NCBI RefSeq assembly: GCF_000143415.4
Contig: NW_003314335.1
Location: 929,845-993,844 of the forward strand
DNA length: 64,000 nt
Direction of reading: 5' to 3'
From: Selaginella moellendorffii
Taxonomy: Eukaryota; Plantae; Lycopodiophyta
Part shown: positions 50,995 to 61,777 of the stretch, one piece after another
Numbering within the stretch: position 1 is the stretch's first letter
Layout: each line of letters opens with the position of its first letter
Made by a program: the position numbers and the translations under genes
Notes under the pieces: model-generated
What the model was told of the DNA's origin: nothing
Seen by the model: the letters and a program-made list of their open reading frames with translations, nothing else
Database searches by the model: none

Positions 50995-52861
50995 ATGCCG
51001 GGATTTAGGGTTCTTGGGGCGAGTTACGTCCAGCGCAGGGGGATTTCCAAGTGGTTCCGTGCGCAGTGGTGCGATGTCCGCCTGGCCTGCGGTGGCCTCC
51101 CTCCCACACAAGTCCCAGTGGCCGCCATTCGCAATCCCGAGATCATCCGCAACTCTCCTCGCCGGGATGCGCTTCACGAGCGGCGGCTTCGCGGCCATGA
51201 CGATGAGTGCCGCGCCGAGTATCTCGCCGCCAAGCGGATCTCCGGGGTGGGATTCCAGCACCACGGCTTCGATTGCAGCATCGACGACGTGCGCTGGATC
51301 GGCGATGGCCAGCAATCCGTGTCGCTCATCTGGGATCTCCACAACAAGCCCGAAGGGATGGATCCCTACGCCGCCGCGAAGAGGGTGGTCGAGATCGCCA
51401 GTGTGTTTGGGGGCGTGGTGGAGAGGACGGCGTACGCGAGCCGCCGGATGCTGTGCTTCCTCCCGCTCTTCACGCGCGAGTATAACAAGGTGAGAGACTT
51501 CGAGGTGGTGGACGGAGAGGTGGTGGAGAGGAATCTCTCGTGCCCGCTTTGCGGCGATGGTGAAGCTCGAGCGCCGCACTGGGCGAATCTGGTGAAGCAC
51601 TTCCGGCTCAAGCACGAGAGGACCAGGACCAAGATGATCTATCGGATGCATCTGGCGTCCGGGGAGGAGAAGAAGTCGTGGAGGAAGATCTTGCTCCATC
51701 AGGAGGCCAAGTATCAGCGCGCTGCTAGAGCTGTGTTGACGCCTCGGGTGCTCTTGCCGGATGGATTGCCGCTCGCGCTGATCAAGGCCGGGTACTTTGT
51801 GAAGCAGATGCCTGATAAGCCCGCCAAGGCACCGGACATGGCTGTTTGGTCTCACATCCTACAGGTACTGTTATTCTTGAAATGTTTCTCTTGATCGTTT
51901 CTTCTTCTTTTCTGCCAGTTCTATTCTGCCAGTTCCACATCAAAAAATTCTTTTTTTCTTGGTTTCATTTGCTCCAACTTCTTTTCTTCCATCTTTGTTC
52001 CTCTCAAAGCTTAGGTCCAGTAACTCTGCATTTGTTTTTTTTCTTGTTTTTTATTACATAGAGCTTTGATGGCTTCAACTTTTTCCTTCTTTGCGCTTTG
52101 ATCCAATCAACTTCTTTTCTTCCACCTCCAAATCTTTGTTCCTCTCAGAGCTTTGATCCAGTAACTTATCTTTTTACTTGTCTTTGCGTGGAGCTTTGAT
52201 GGCTTCAACTTTTTCCTTCTTTGAGCTTTGGTCCAATCAACTCTTTCTCATTCTATACTGTCTCTCTTCTTTGCTTGCATAACTTTTCATTTCATTCATT
52301 CATTCATTCATATACTGTTTACAAGGTCTCGCAGCGCCCCCCAAGAAGCATGAGACTCTTTGCATATTTCTTTCCTCTTCTTTGCTTTGAGCTTCTTGCT
52401 TAGCACTCAATGTTGTACTTCTCATTCATCTTTCTCTTCTCTGATTGATATTCTCCAACCATCTTGGAACTTTTTATCAGGTAGCCAACCTCGGGATCAG
52501 CTGCATCTGCCTCGTCTGCGACAACGTAAACTACACCGGCGCAATGGAGTTCGCGCGGCGGCAGAACGTCCACACGGTCCTCATCGGCATCGGCGCGAGG
52601 CAGAAGATAAAAGAGAAAGCCAACCTCTACTTCTCGTGGGAGGAGGTGGTAACGGGCAAAGCCCTGGCCATGGCCGAGCAAGCCGCCGCGAGCTGGGCCG
52701 CCAAGCAGACCGAACCAGGCAAGTCCAAGTCAAAGAAGAAAAAAAAGGAGCCTTTCGCAGTCCAGGAGGACGACATGTTCTTCGAGTACTACGAGAATTT
52801 GTACCCCTCCTCCTCCGGCTCGTCGGAGTTCGAGTGGAGCGATTCGGACGAGTCCGAGTGA
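50995..52861 (+). CDS. C2H2 zinc finger / NYN(PIN)-like domain protein, 2 exons (intron ~51864-52480)
   Basis: LIWDLHNKP, AYASR, CPLC...LVKHFRLKHER, KYQRAARAVLTP, AGYFVKQMPDKP, ICLVCDNVNY, TVLIG, FSWEEV. Confidence 0.75.
51960..52250. repeat. Degenerate ~130-bp tandem duplication inside the intron
   Basis: GAGCTTTGATGGCTTCAACTTTTTCCTTCTTTG occurs at ~52061 and ~52191, with a related segment near 51975. Confidence 0.75.
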
Positions 52862-53105
52862 TCCGTGCTGTCAAAATCTTCTCACGAGGTAAATGAGGGG
52901 TCTTTGTTTCCTTCATTTGGAGTAACATCGGTTGAAAGTTTGCGAGGAACTTAGCAGGCTTTGATCTGCTTGTAGTGAGGCGATTCGTGCTATCAAAATC
53001 TTCTCGCGAGGTAAATGGAAATCTTTGCTTCTTTCATTTGGAAGTAACAACGATCATTGTAAGTTTGCGAGGAACTTAGCAGGCTTTGATCTGCTTGTAG
53101 TGGCT
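52861..53105. repeat. ~120-bp tandem direct duplication covering the last codons and 3' UTR of the isocyanide synthase
   Basis: GTGCT.TCAAAATCTTCTC.CGAGGTAAATG...AGTTTGCGAGGAACTTAGCAGGCTTTGATCTGCTTGTAGTG at ~52865-52977 and ~52987-53102. Confidence 0.9.
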
Positions 53106-54663
53106 GGGTCGACCATCTGGGAATTTCACAAGCTCCATCGTGTAGCCATCGCGCTTGAGCAGCACCTGCTCGTTCGATCCCAGCTCCTCGCAAGCCAGCT
53201 TCCCCGAGAGCTCCCCAGATCGAATGACTTTGGAGTGGAGCAGCATGAACTTCCCATCCGCGAGCTCCACCACCGCGTTGTGCCACGGCGTGGGGATGTG
53301 GAAGTTCTTCTCCTCGGACGAGCGCTGCGCGGCGAGCAGCGAGGCATGGATCACATTGATCCCATACTTGGGGCCGCGATTGGGATGCGGGTGGATCGAG
53401 ACGCGCAGCGCGAGAGGGAAGAGCCACTCCACCATGGCCGAGTAGGCGCGGTTGCGCAAGAGCATGAGGAAGCCCACCTTGCTGCAAAGCTCCTCCTTTG
53501 CGGCGAGCGAGGGGAGACCCTTGCAGCTCTTGTGTTCTTGGAGATCCTCGAGCATGAATCTGGAGAAGCCATGGTGTAAGTTGCGCGTCTCCACGCTCTC
53601 TTGGATGTCCTTCCTCACGGAGGATTCGTCGTTGCCAAACAAGCACAGTAGCGCTCGTCTCGCGGTCTCTGCGCTGGAAGTCAGCTTCGTCTCGATCGGG
53701 TGCTCCAAGATCGTGTTGGAGATCAGCGCTGCGATGCTATCCTCGTCTTGGTTGTCCAGGAGGAAATCATCCAGGCGAAAGAAGTTGATCAATCCGGGAT
53801 GTAGATCATGCGCCATCTCGCGGAACATCCTTCCATAGGTATCCACAGTAGCATCATCGGCTCCAACTGGAAGAAATCACGTAAGACGATGGATCGAAGC
53901 ATTCCAGCTCCAGGAACTTACCCAGATCCGAGAAGACGTGGCCATCCGAGACGATGTTGTAGTGCACGCCCGGAGGATAGACCTCCTTGACGAGATCCGC
54001 GATGATCTTCATGGAGCGAATGGCGAGCTCCTCGGCCTTGTCCGGGAACTTCCCCAGCGTCTTGTCTGGATTGCACGACTTCACTGGAAACGCCGGCAGG
54101 ATGAACTCGAGAGGAACGTTTCTCGCGACGTGGTATCTCACTCCCTCGCCGAATCTCTGCTTGCCTCCGCTGGTAAACCACTGGTCGTTGCTGGCAAAGT
54201 GGATGAAGTTCTTCTCGATGATCTCCAGCGCGCGAGCGGTGATCTCGTCCACCTCTTGATCGGCAGTGGAGGCGTCCAGGAGGCAAGATCTCGTCATGGC
54301 GCTGTTGTCCAGCAAGAGAGGGGCGAGGTAGTCGATCTCGCGCTCCAGCGTACCTGGATCCACGAACACCACGCCCTCGAAGCCATTGCCGAGGAATCTC
54401 TCGTAGATCGTGGCTGCCCAGGTGCTGGATTGGTCAGCTCCGAGCAGAGTGATGGTGTACTTGTTGATCGCTGGAGCGATGGTGCGCGAGGCTTGCTTGG
54501 CTGCCTCGAGATCTTGTGCCTTGCTCGCAACCACGGACTGGAAGGTGAAATCGCCCTTCTGGGCGACTGGGACATGGCGCGACGCGGACTGGGAGATGAA
54601 GGCGATCTCGCCGCTCTCCCTGTGAATGTACAAGAAAGCGATCTTGTCCTTGGGATAAGCCAT
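53076..54663 (-). CDS. Isocyanide synthase (Dit1/PvcA family), ~510 aa, 2 coding exons (54663-53922 and 53866-53076)
   Basis: LEFILPAFPVKSCNPDKTLGKFPDKAEELA, VYPPG..YNIVSDGHVFSDL|VG, RFMLED, AYS, RVSIHPH..RGPKYGI, HIPTPWHN. The 55-nt GT-AG intron 53921-53867 joins the two ORFs in frame with no stops. Confidence 0.9.
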
Positions 54664-54669
54664 GGCGTT

Positions 54670-54775
54670 CTAGCTAGATGGGAAGAATTGCTATAAAGTT
54701 TTTAGGAATTGCGATCACTTACGTGTTTGTTCTCCTCTGTTAGGTCGAGGTCTCTTTAAAGTTCCTTTATATAAT
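54670..54775 (-). promoter_or_regulatory. Putative 5'-UTR intron (54722-54670) and TATA box (~54764-54771) of the isocyanide synthase
   Basis: Minus strand reads TATATAAAG ... cac|GTAAGT...ctAG|aacgccATG; intron is 53 nt. Confidence 0.55.
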
Positions 54776-55027
54776 GGAGAGGTGTCTTGGTACATTTTAG
54801 ACCCGCAATTTAGAAACGTGAGAGCGTTGGACCGCCTGTTCTGGCCGCCATACCAAGCCAGTCAGAGTATTCCTAGAATGTTTTAAGCAAATAAAAATTG
54901 TTTAGTATAACTATTAACTATTTCTGACTGTTAACTATATCTGTTTAATATAATTAATTAATTCTTATTATCAAGATTTATTGGAATACTGGTGGAAGAT
55001 TCTTGGCATCGGACCTAGGGTTTTGCA

Positions 55028-56873
55028 ATGCCAGGTCGCTTCCAACGCTTCCATGATTCCATGTTTATATCCTTCGAAGGTGGAAAGCATCGCGTTCTCG
55101 ATCCAGTTAAGAACACTCTCGTCGGATCCTTCTTTCAAATCAAGCTCGGCGGAAGTATCAGGGACGTGCCCGAGAGTTTGCTCATGTACGTCCGGCAGGA
55201 CTTGGTAGACCTGTACGATGCCCTGCTGGCTGACATTGCCGACGGTGAAGACACTCGGAGGGTGTACATCGGCCACCCAGGAACCGGAAAATCCCTGACG
55301 GCCATCCAGCTCTTGTTCCTCTTGCTCAAGCGGCACAGCGCCAACCCAGTGGTGTACTACTCGCATAAGGTGTCCCAGGGAGTTTACCACCTTTTCAAGG
55401 GGGGACAGTTCCACTCGCTTCTTAGGTTCGACGCGGTGGCGCAGTACTTGGAGGATCCAGACACGTTCTATATACATGATGGGAGTAAGATACCGGATTC
55501 AGGCGCCATCGAGGCCCGAACTGTGCTAGTAACATGTCCCAAGGCTAATGTTTACAAGGAGTTCGCCAAGGTTTCTGGGGGCTATGACGCTTTTTATGGT
55601 CACTTATGGACTGAAGAGGAGCTGAAAGCATGTCGGGAGCGTTCGTATTCCAGGATACCATGGCAGACAGTCGCGCGGCATGTATATATGGCCGGCCCCA
55701 TTCCCAGGCTTGTCTTCCAGACTGCAGAGAAGTTCAAGACCGTGGTGCGGACCCTGAAGAGCAAGCTAGCTCAGACATCAGATCTGCTGTCGGTTTTTTC
55801 TTCAATACGCGACCACGACCTGGAGCAATCTTTCTCCCATGACGTAGTGCTTCACTTGGACAGGGGAAAAGATTCGTCGGAAGGTTACACAAAGATTGCT
55901 TCGGACTATGTGAAAGAACAGTTGTTGCTACGCCTGGACAAAGAAAAGTGGCTGGAGATGATTGACAAATACACCAGTTTGCAAGGTATAGGTGGCCTTA
56001 CTTGTTTCCGGGGCACCGTCCTAGAGCTGCTTATGCACATTACCTTCCCAAGGTTCCTGGGAAAGTGCGAGCGGATCTGCAGCAAAACGCATCGACATTC
56101 AACTTCTGCTCCTGCCAGAATGAATGTGGATGAAGCCGAGGACATCAAGGTTGTCTTTTATGTGAACTATGAAGACCTGCAAGCCAAGATCGAAAAGTGC
56201 ATCGGGGATAAGTGTGCAGCGGCTTACTTCTGGCCGCGTACTAGGTCTGAGGCGGCCATAGATAGCATCTACATCGACTTCAAAAGGAAACAGGCGTATC
56301 TTCTCCAAGCCACTGTCTCTAAGAAGCATGTGGTCGTATGGCATCCTGTGAAGTTACTGATGGAGTTTTTGAGCAGCAAGGCGATCCGGATTGCAGGTCT
56401 TTACTTTGTGGTGTCGGACGCGATCTTTTCAGGATTCCGGACTCAAAGGTGGAGGAAAACTCGTGAAGTGAAAGGCGAGTATCCTGAGGTGATCAACATC
56501 CCCAGCCTTTGTCAGTACAAGCTGGAGTTCTCGGTACTTGATGACGACTGGAAGAACATCGAAAAGCTGAGCGATACCTTGCGAAACATGGATGACAATT
56601 TCAAATTGACACTGGTAAGGTTTGAACTTTATTTTTTTTGCGATTGTCTTGACGGTCGTTGCTAGAGCCTGGAGAAGGATTTGCCGGAAGAGCATGTCCA
56701 GCGCAGGCGTTCTGCTGACGATTCCTCGTCCTCGTCTGTCACGTAAGCCAAGTGACGATTCTTGTTTGATACTCATTGAGGTGTTTCACAGGATCGAGCC
56801 AGAGTGCGAGCTTGAGATTACAGAGGTAGATGTGGCCGCAGGCGAGCTTTATGAGCAGGATGATGAGGAGTAA
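55028..56873 (+). CDS. Crinkler/RHS-like protein: P-loop NTPase plus PD-(D/E)xK-like REase, with two short 3' introns
   Basis: Walker A IGHPGTGKS, Walker B FYIHDG, VLVTCP, LWTEEEL, GPIPRLVF, YFWP...AAIDSI...LLQATVSKKH; spliced acidic tail ending DDEE* at 56873. Confidence 0.75.
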
Positions 56874-57494
56874 CGTAAACCTTAAACCCTCAAACTTTTT
56901 AAACTTTGCAACCAAATGTTCATAATGGAATCTAATTAGGGCCAGCCTGTCTTTTAAGGTCTTGGAACAAAGAGTGGGGCGCGTTTGTGCGGTGGGCATT
57001 CTTTTGTCTTGAGATTGGATCTGATAAGCCACAGAGTCAATGGGAGCATGGTACAGATAAGATCGTGAGAGCTTACTTTGTATCACCCACCCGATGAAGA
57101 GCCGGATATGGAAAAAGAACTTATTGGTAAAAAAATATTAAAAATTACATCACTTAAGTTTAAGGTAATTTCAACTTTATCACCCTTGTGTATGCGGCAG
57201 CTGCAACATGATTTGAGAAAGTTTCATGATCCAAAATTTTCCCCAGGCCGTAGCAATCCAAAGCTTCTGGAGGAGTTTATTATGACGTAATGGTTTCACG
57301 TACGGCTTTGAGATATCTTCTGTCGCTTTAATGCTAGAAAACACTACTTTGGCCTGCCAGCGGTTCCAGGACGGTCTATACCTCCCATCGCTCCATCAGC
57401 GCATCGCATGATCCAGGTGATGATATAAAAAACTGGATAAGAGAAACCCCGTAGCTGTAGCTTTGCATTCGTCCAATCTTCTTATCCGTTCAGT

Positions 57495-58825
57495 ATGGTT
57501 TTCGTCAAGAGATCCACACTTGTCCGCCCAGCGTCACCAGTTCTCAATGGATTCGGTGAGTTTCCATACCGGAATCGCCTCCTCTTCTTCAGGCCGCCTT
57601 CGCAACCGCTTTCGAAGATCATCACCCACATGAAACAGTCTTTGGCGGCGGCGCTGTCCGAGTTCTACCCTGTCGCTGGCCGGATCTCCGTACGCGAGGA
57701 CATGCGAATGCAGCTCGAATGCAACAATCACGGCGTCATGTTCAGCGAGGCGTCGTGCGATCGCACACTTCCCGAAGGCGACAAGTTTGATCTGGACCCC
57801 GAGTTCCTGCTGGAGCTGTCTCAAGCTCCTGGGCACGAGAAGGATCTCAAGTGACCGTGGCCGGCTGATGCTCCACTCCTTTTTATCCAGGTACACAAGA
57901 TCTGACAAAGTGTATCGAAAGACAATGTTATACTTTCAAGGTGACCGAGTTTTCGTGCGGAGGCTTCTGCGTGGCGATGAAGTACAGCCACGAGCTCATG
58001 GATGGTACAAGTTTCTGGCACTTTATTCAATCCTGGGCGGAGGTCTCTTGTGGAAAACCAATCTCCCAGCCTCCTTTTGTGGTTCCATTCCCGATTGGAA
58101 TCCCATCTAGCGATGCTCCTCCTCCACCAGTTCCCAGCGGAGGAATGCTCACTCTGCTCGATCGAAATGCGCCGGATCCGGGGCTTTTCGGCTACAAGTC
58201 CTTCCCGAGAACTCGGAGGTTCCGATTCGGGAAGCTCATGATCCAGGCTCTCAAGCAGAGAAACCCCGAGTACTCCACATTCCAGCTCCTATCATCGCAC
58301 ATCTGGTGGAAAGTTTGCTTAGCTCGCGGCTTGGGCGACAAAGACACCACCAAGCTGTTCTTCGCGGTGAATTGCCGAGGGCGATTCCCGCACCTCCCGA
58401 AAGAGTATCTCGGCACTCCCGCTGCATGGGCGATGGCGTCGGCGAAGTGTGGCGAGATGGAATCGCTGGGAATGATCTCCTCGCTCATCAAGAAGACGAT
58501 CAGGGAGTTTAGCGAGGAGAGCTGGGGCGTGTCGGCGGGGTTTCTCGAGCACTACGCGGGTGGAGAGTCGAGCGACAAGGCGGTGCTTGATATGAGGCCG
58601 GACAAGGACTTGTACATTGGGAGCTCGTTCTATTTCCCGGTCTTCCACGAGTTCTCGTGGGGGACCCCGTGCGAGATGGCCATGGCGCAAGCTCCAGCGA
58701 ATGGGCGAATGTATTACTTCCCGGGCAAAGAGAAAGGCAGCGTGGATCTCTACATCACGCTGCAACACCAGGCAATGGACAAGCTCGAGAACGACGCATC
58801 TTTCTGCGACATGCAGGCGAGCTAA
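57495..58825 (+). pseudogene. BAHD acyltransferase with a single in-frame premature TGA (57852-57854); otherwise intact, intron 57891-57940
   Basis: LSEFYPVAGR, PLLFIQ|VTEFSCGG at the conserved intron position, HxxxD (HELMDG), NCRGR, DFGWG-like EFSWG. The frame reads K-*-PWPADAPLLFIQ. Confidence 0.85.
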
Positions 58826-59815
58826 GCAGTGAGTTTGGAGATTCTTTGCTGGTAGTTAATAGTTATTTTGTCCAAACTGGATATATACCTTAATTTCATC
58901 TTGCAAAAAGGGAGCTTCTAGAAACCATTAAGTTGCATATTTTTTTATACGTTTGTATAAGTAAATCCTATGGTTCACAAATTGCGTATTGAATAAGTAC
59001 TTCTCATCCATGGCTGGTCGAAGGGAAACATCATGAAGTTAATGAGAACCTGGAAGCAGCTCTTCGACTTATGGCACGAGTGGAATTGCCAGGACCACAA
59101 TCTCTTTCATATGAAATTGATCACAAATAGAGATTTATCTCCGAGCAAACACAGAAACCAACAGAGTCTCTAGATAGCACCAAGATCTTCTCCACCTTAG
59201 TTGAAGTTTTGTAGATAAAGTTAAGATTTGCAGTTTTTCTTCTTGGAGAATGTAACTTAGATCCGTGAGAATACTCCACTGGCATATGCTGTGTATTCTA
59301 CAATTTTTTCTTCAGATCCTTCCTAATCCCCGCTTAGTTTGCTTCTAAAACAAATCTGGAAAGATTGAGTGCTTACTAACGTTCTGCTTCAAGTATTTAC
59401 CAGGTTGCGATCCACTTGAAAGCAACTAACAGAACCACAGTCCATTATTTCATCTCTTTTAATATTTGTTCTGGAGATTCTTCAGCGTTGGAGCGAGAAT
59501 TTGGAGTAGCTGTGCACGCGGTAGATCGTGATCACGAGTCGAAATGTTAGCGAGTGAGTGCTGTGAGACTGGCCTATGAATGATCATAAGAGTCTTCTTC
59601 GCCAAGCAAGCCATCCGAGAACTTTGATGTGTTTCTGTTTTTCAGTGGAGAGTTACTAGGGGTTGATCTTTTCCATGAAAACAAGACGAAAGATGATTAA
59701 GAGATCGCTTGCCCTAGCAGAGAATCTTCTAAAACTGAAGGCATCGCAAAGGTGAAGTAAAATTCTGGCAGTTTGGAGTTTGGATTCATGGCGGCATCGC
59801 TTCTTTCTCTGGACA

Positions 59816-61582
59816 ATGGTACATTGCTGTTTCCACAAACGATCCAGCACGACTGCCTTGTATCCCAACACTGGAATCATCCCCACCCGCCAGAGCCAAG
59901 GCAGGCAGCTCTTCGACAAGCAGCGCTCCTCGCTTGCCCCGCGCCAGCGCCATCTCGATCGGTTCCTCCTCTCCCCACTCGAGGAGCAGCAGCAAAGCCT
60001 CCAAATCCACGAGCGCCTCGCCCACATTTCTCCCAATGGAGATATCTCGGCCTACATCTCGCTCCTGCAGGACTGCCGCTCGCTCGAGCAGGGCAGGGCA
60101 ATCCACCGGCACATCGCCCACAGCAAGGTGGCGGGGGAGCCGTACGTGCACAATCTCCTGCTCAAAATGTACGGCAGGTGCCGCCGTCCCGGCGAGGCGC
60201 GACTCGTTTTTGATTCCATGCCCCTCAAGAACAGCTTCTCCTGGAATCTGATGCTCACCGCATATTCCCAGGCAGGGCATCTGGAGGAGGCGAAGACGCT
60301 CTTTGATTCCCTGCCTCACCCAGACACAGTGGCCTCGAATATCATGCTGGCCATGTACGGTAAGTACGGCAGGACGAACGAGGCTGCGGAGCTGTTTTCT
60401 GAAATGCCCGTGCGAGATGCCGTTGCATGGAATACTCTGATGACAGCATATGCCCAATATGGGCATTTTGAAAAGGCACTTTGTCTGTACAGGAGCTCTT
60501 GCCTTGAAGGCTTGCGGCACGACCACATTGCATTTATAAGCGTCTTGGAGGCCTGTTCGCGGCTAAAAGCCTTTGAGGAGGGCAAGAGAATCCACCATGC
60601 TGCTGCAGCAATCGGCTGTGGTTCAAATCTCAAGGTCGTGACAGCAATCGTGAATTTCTACTCCAGATGTGATCAACTCGATGATGCCAGGAAAGCCTTC
60701 GATGGTGCCCCGGAGAAGGATGCTTTCTTGTGGACGGCCATGGTTACAGCATATGCCCACGCAGGGTATCTGCAGGATGCTGAGGATCTCTTTACTCAGA
60801 TGCCTGCGAAAGATGCCGTGTCGTGGACGGCGATGATGGCAGCATATTCCCGGAACGGGCATCCCACTCAAGCTCTACGAGTGTTCCGCCAGATGGATCT
60901 GGAAGGAATCCACCCAACCGGTATCACTTTCATCACGGCTTTGGATGCCTGCGCGATGATCCCATCGCTAGCGCTTGGCCGGATCATTGCCGCCACCATC
61001 GACTTTGTAGAGCCCAGGTTGGAGCCCGCGATCCAGAGCTGCTTGCTCCAGCTCTACGGCAGATGCGGCGCTCTGGGCGATGCCAAGGCCGTGTTTGATT
61101 CCATGCGCGACCGCAACGTCGTGACTTGGAGCTCGATCATTGCCGCGAATGCCCAGAATGGACACGGCCATCGTGCACTGGAGCTTTTCTACTCGATGCT
61201 CCTCGAGGGTGTTCTTCCCGTGGAGATCACGCTGATCAGCGTTCTTCACGCCTGCTGCCACTCGGGACTCTCCGGGAACGCTCCGCAGTTTTTCCAGTCC
61301 ATTTCCTCGGAATTTGAGCTGCGACCCATTGCAGACCACTTTGTTTGCATGATCGATGTGTTTGGGCGATCCGGGGAGATCGAAAATGCCGCGGACTTGA
61401 TCGCGAGCATGCCGTTTGAGCCGAATGCGGTGGCGTGGACAATTCTTTTGAATGCTTGCAGGATGCACAAGGATGTGGAGAGGGCCAAGAGGATCACCGA
61501 CAGGATCGTGAGGCTCGATGGGTCGTGGCAGTATGCTCTCCTCACGGGCATTCACGCCGAAAACGAAAAGGTGGTAAATTAA
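59816..61582 (+). CDS. PLS-E class PPR protein
   Basis: P/L/S motifs, HFVCMIDVFGRSG, PNAVAWTILLNACRMH, YALL; no DYW domain. Confidence 0.9.
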   Translation: MVHCCFHKRSSTTALYPNTGIIPTRQSQGRQLFDKQRSSLAPRQRHLDRFLLSPLEEQQQSLQIHERLAHISPNGDISAYISLLQDCRSLEQGRAIHRHIAHSKVAGEPYVHNLLLKMYGRCRRPGEARLVFDSMPLKNSFSWNLMLTAYSQAGHLEEAKTLFDSLPHPDTVASNIMLAMYGKYGRTNEAAELFSEMPVRDAVAWNTLMTAYAQYGHFEKALCLYRSSCLEGLRHDHIAFISVLEACSRLKAFEEGKRIHHAAAAIGCGSNLKVVTAIVNFYSRCDQLDDARKAFDGAPEKDAFLWTAMVTAYAHAGYLQDAEDLFTQMPAKDAVSWTAMMAAYSRNGHPTQALRVFRQMDLEGIHPTGITFITALDACAMIPSLALGRIIAATIDFVEPRLEPAIQSCLLQLYGRCGALGDAKAVFDSMRDRNVVTWSSIIAANAQNGHGHRALELFYSMLLEGVLPVEITLISVLHACCHSGLSGNAPQFFQSISSEFELRPIADHFVCMIDVFGRSGEIENAADLIASMPFEPNAVAWTILLNACRMHKDVERAKRITDRIVRLDGSWQYALLTGIHAENEKVVN

Positions 61583-61777
61583 AAGTCTGCATTAACGTTG
61601 GGTTATGGATATTAGTTAAATTTCTCTTTAAAACAATAGAGAAATATTATTGTAACAACTTATTTTCGAATATGTACATAAATTTTTTAAATTATGAAAA
61701 AATTATGAGAGCTACAACAATGTAATGTTCGTAAATTTACACAAAAAATTTATATTGCTTTCTGCAAGATGGATCAT

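Noticed and set aside
53076-54663. Isocyanide synthase as fungal or bacterial contamination
   Set aside because: It is contiguous with PPR, NYN and BAHD plant genes with no gap and has introns of the local size. Mis-assembly cannot be fully excluded without reads.
54664-55027. Copper-response (GTAC) cluster upstream of the isocyanide synthase
   Set aside because: Only one GTAC (~54790) was seen, which is expected by chance.
57852-57854. TGA read as selenocysteine or programmed readthrough
   Set aside because: Land plants lack selenoprotein machinery and the site is not catalytic; mutation or error is simpler.
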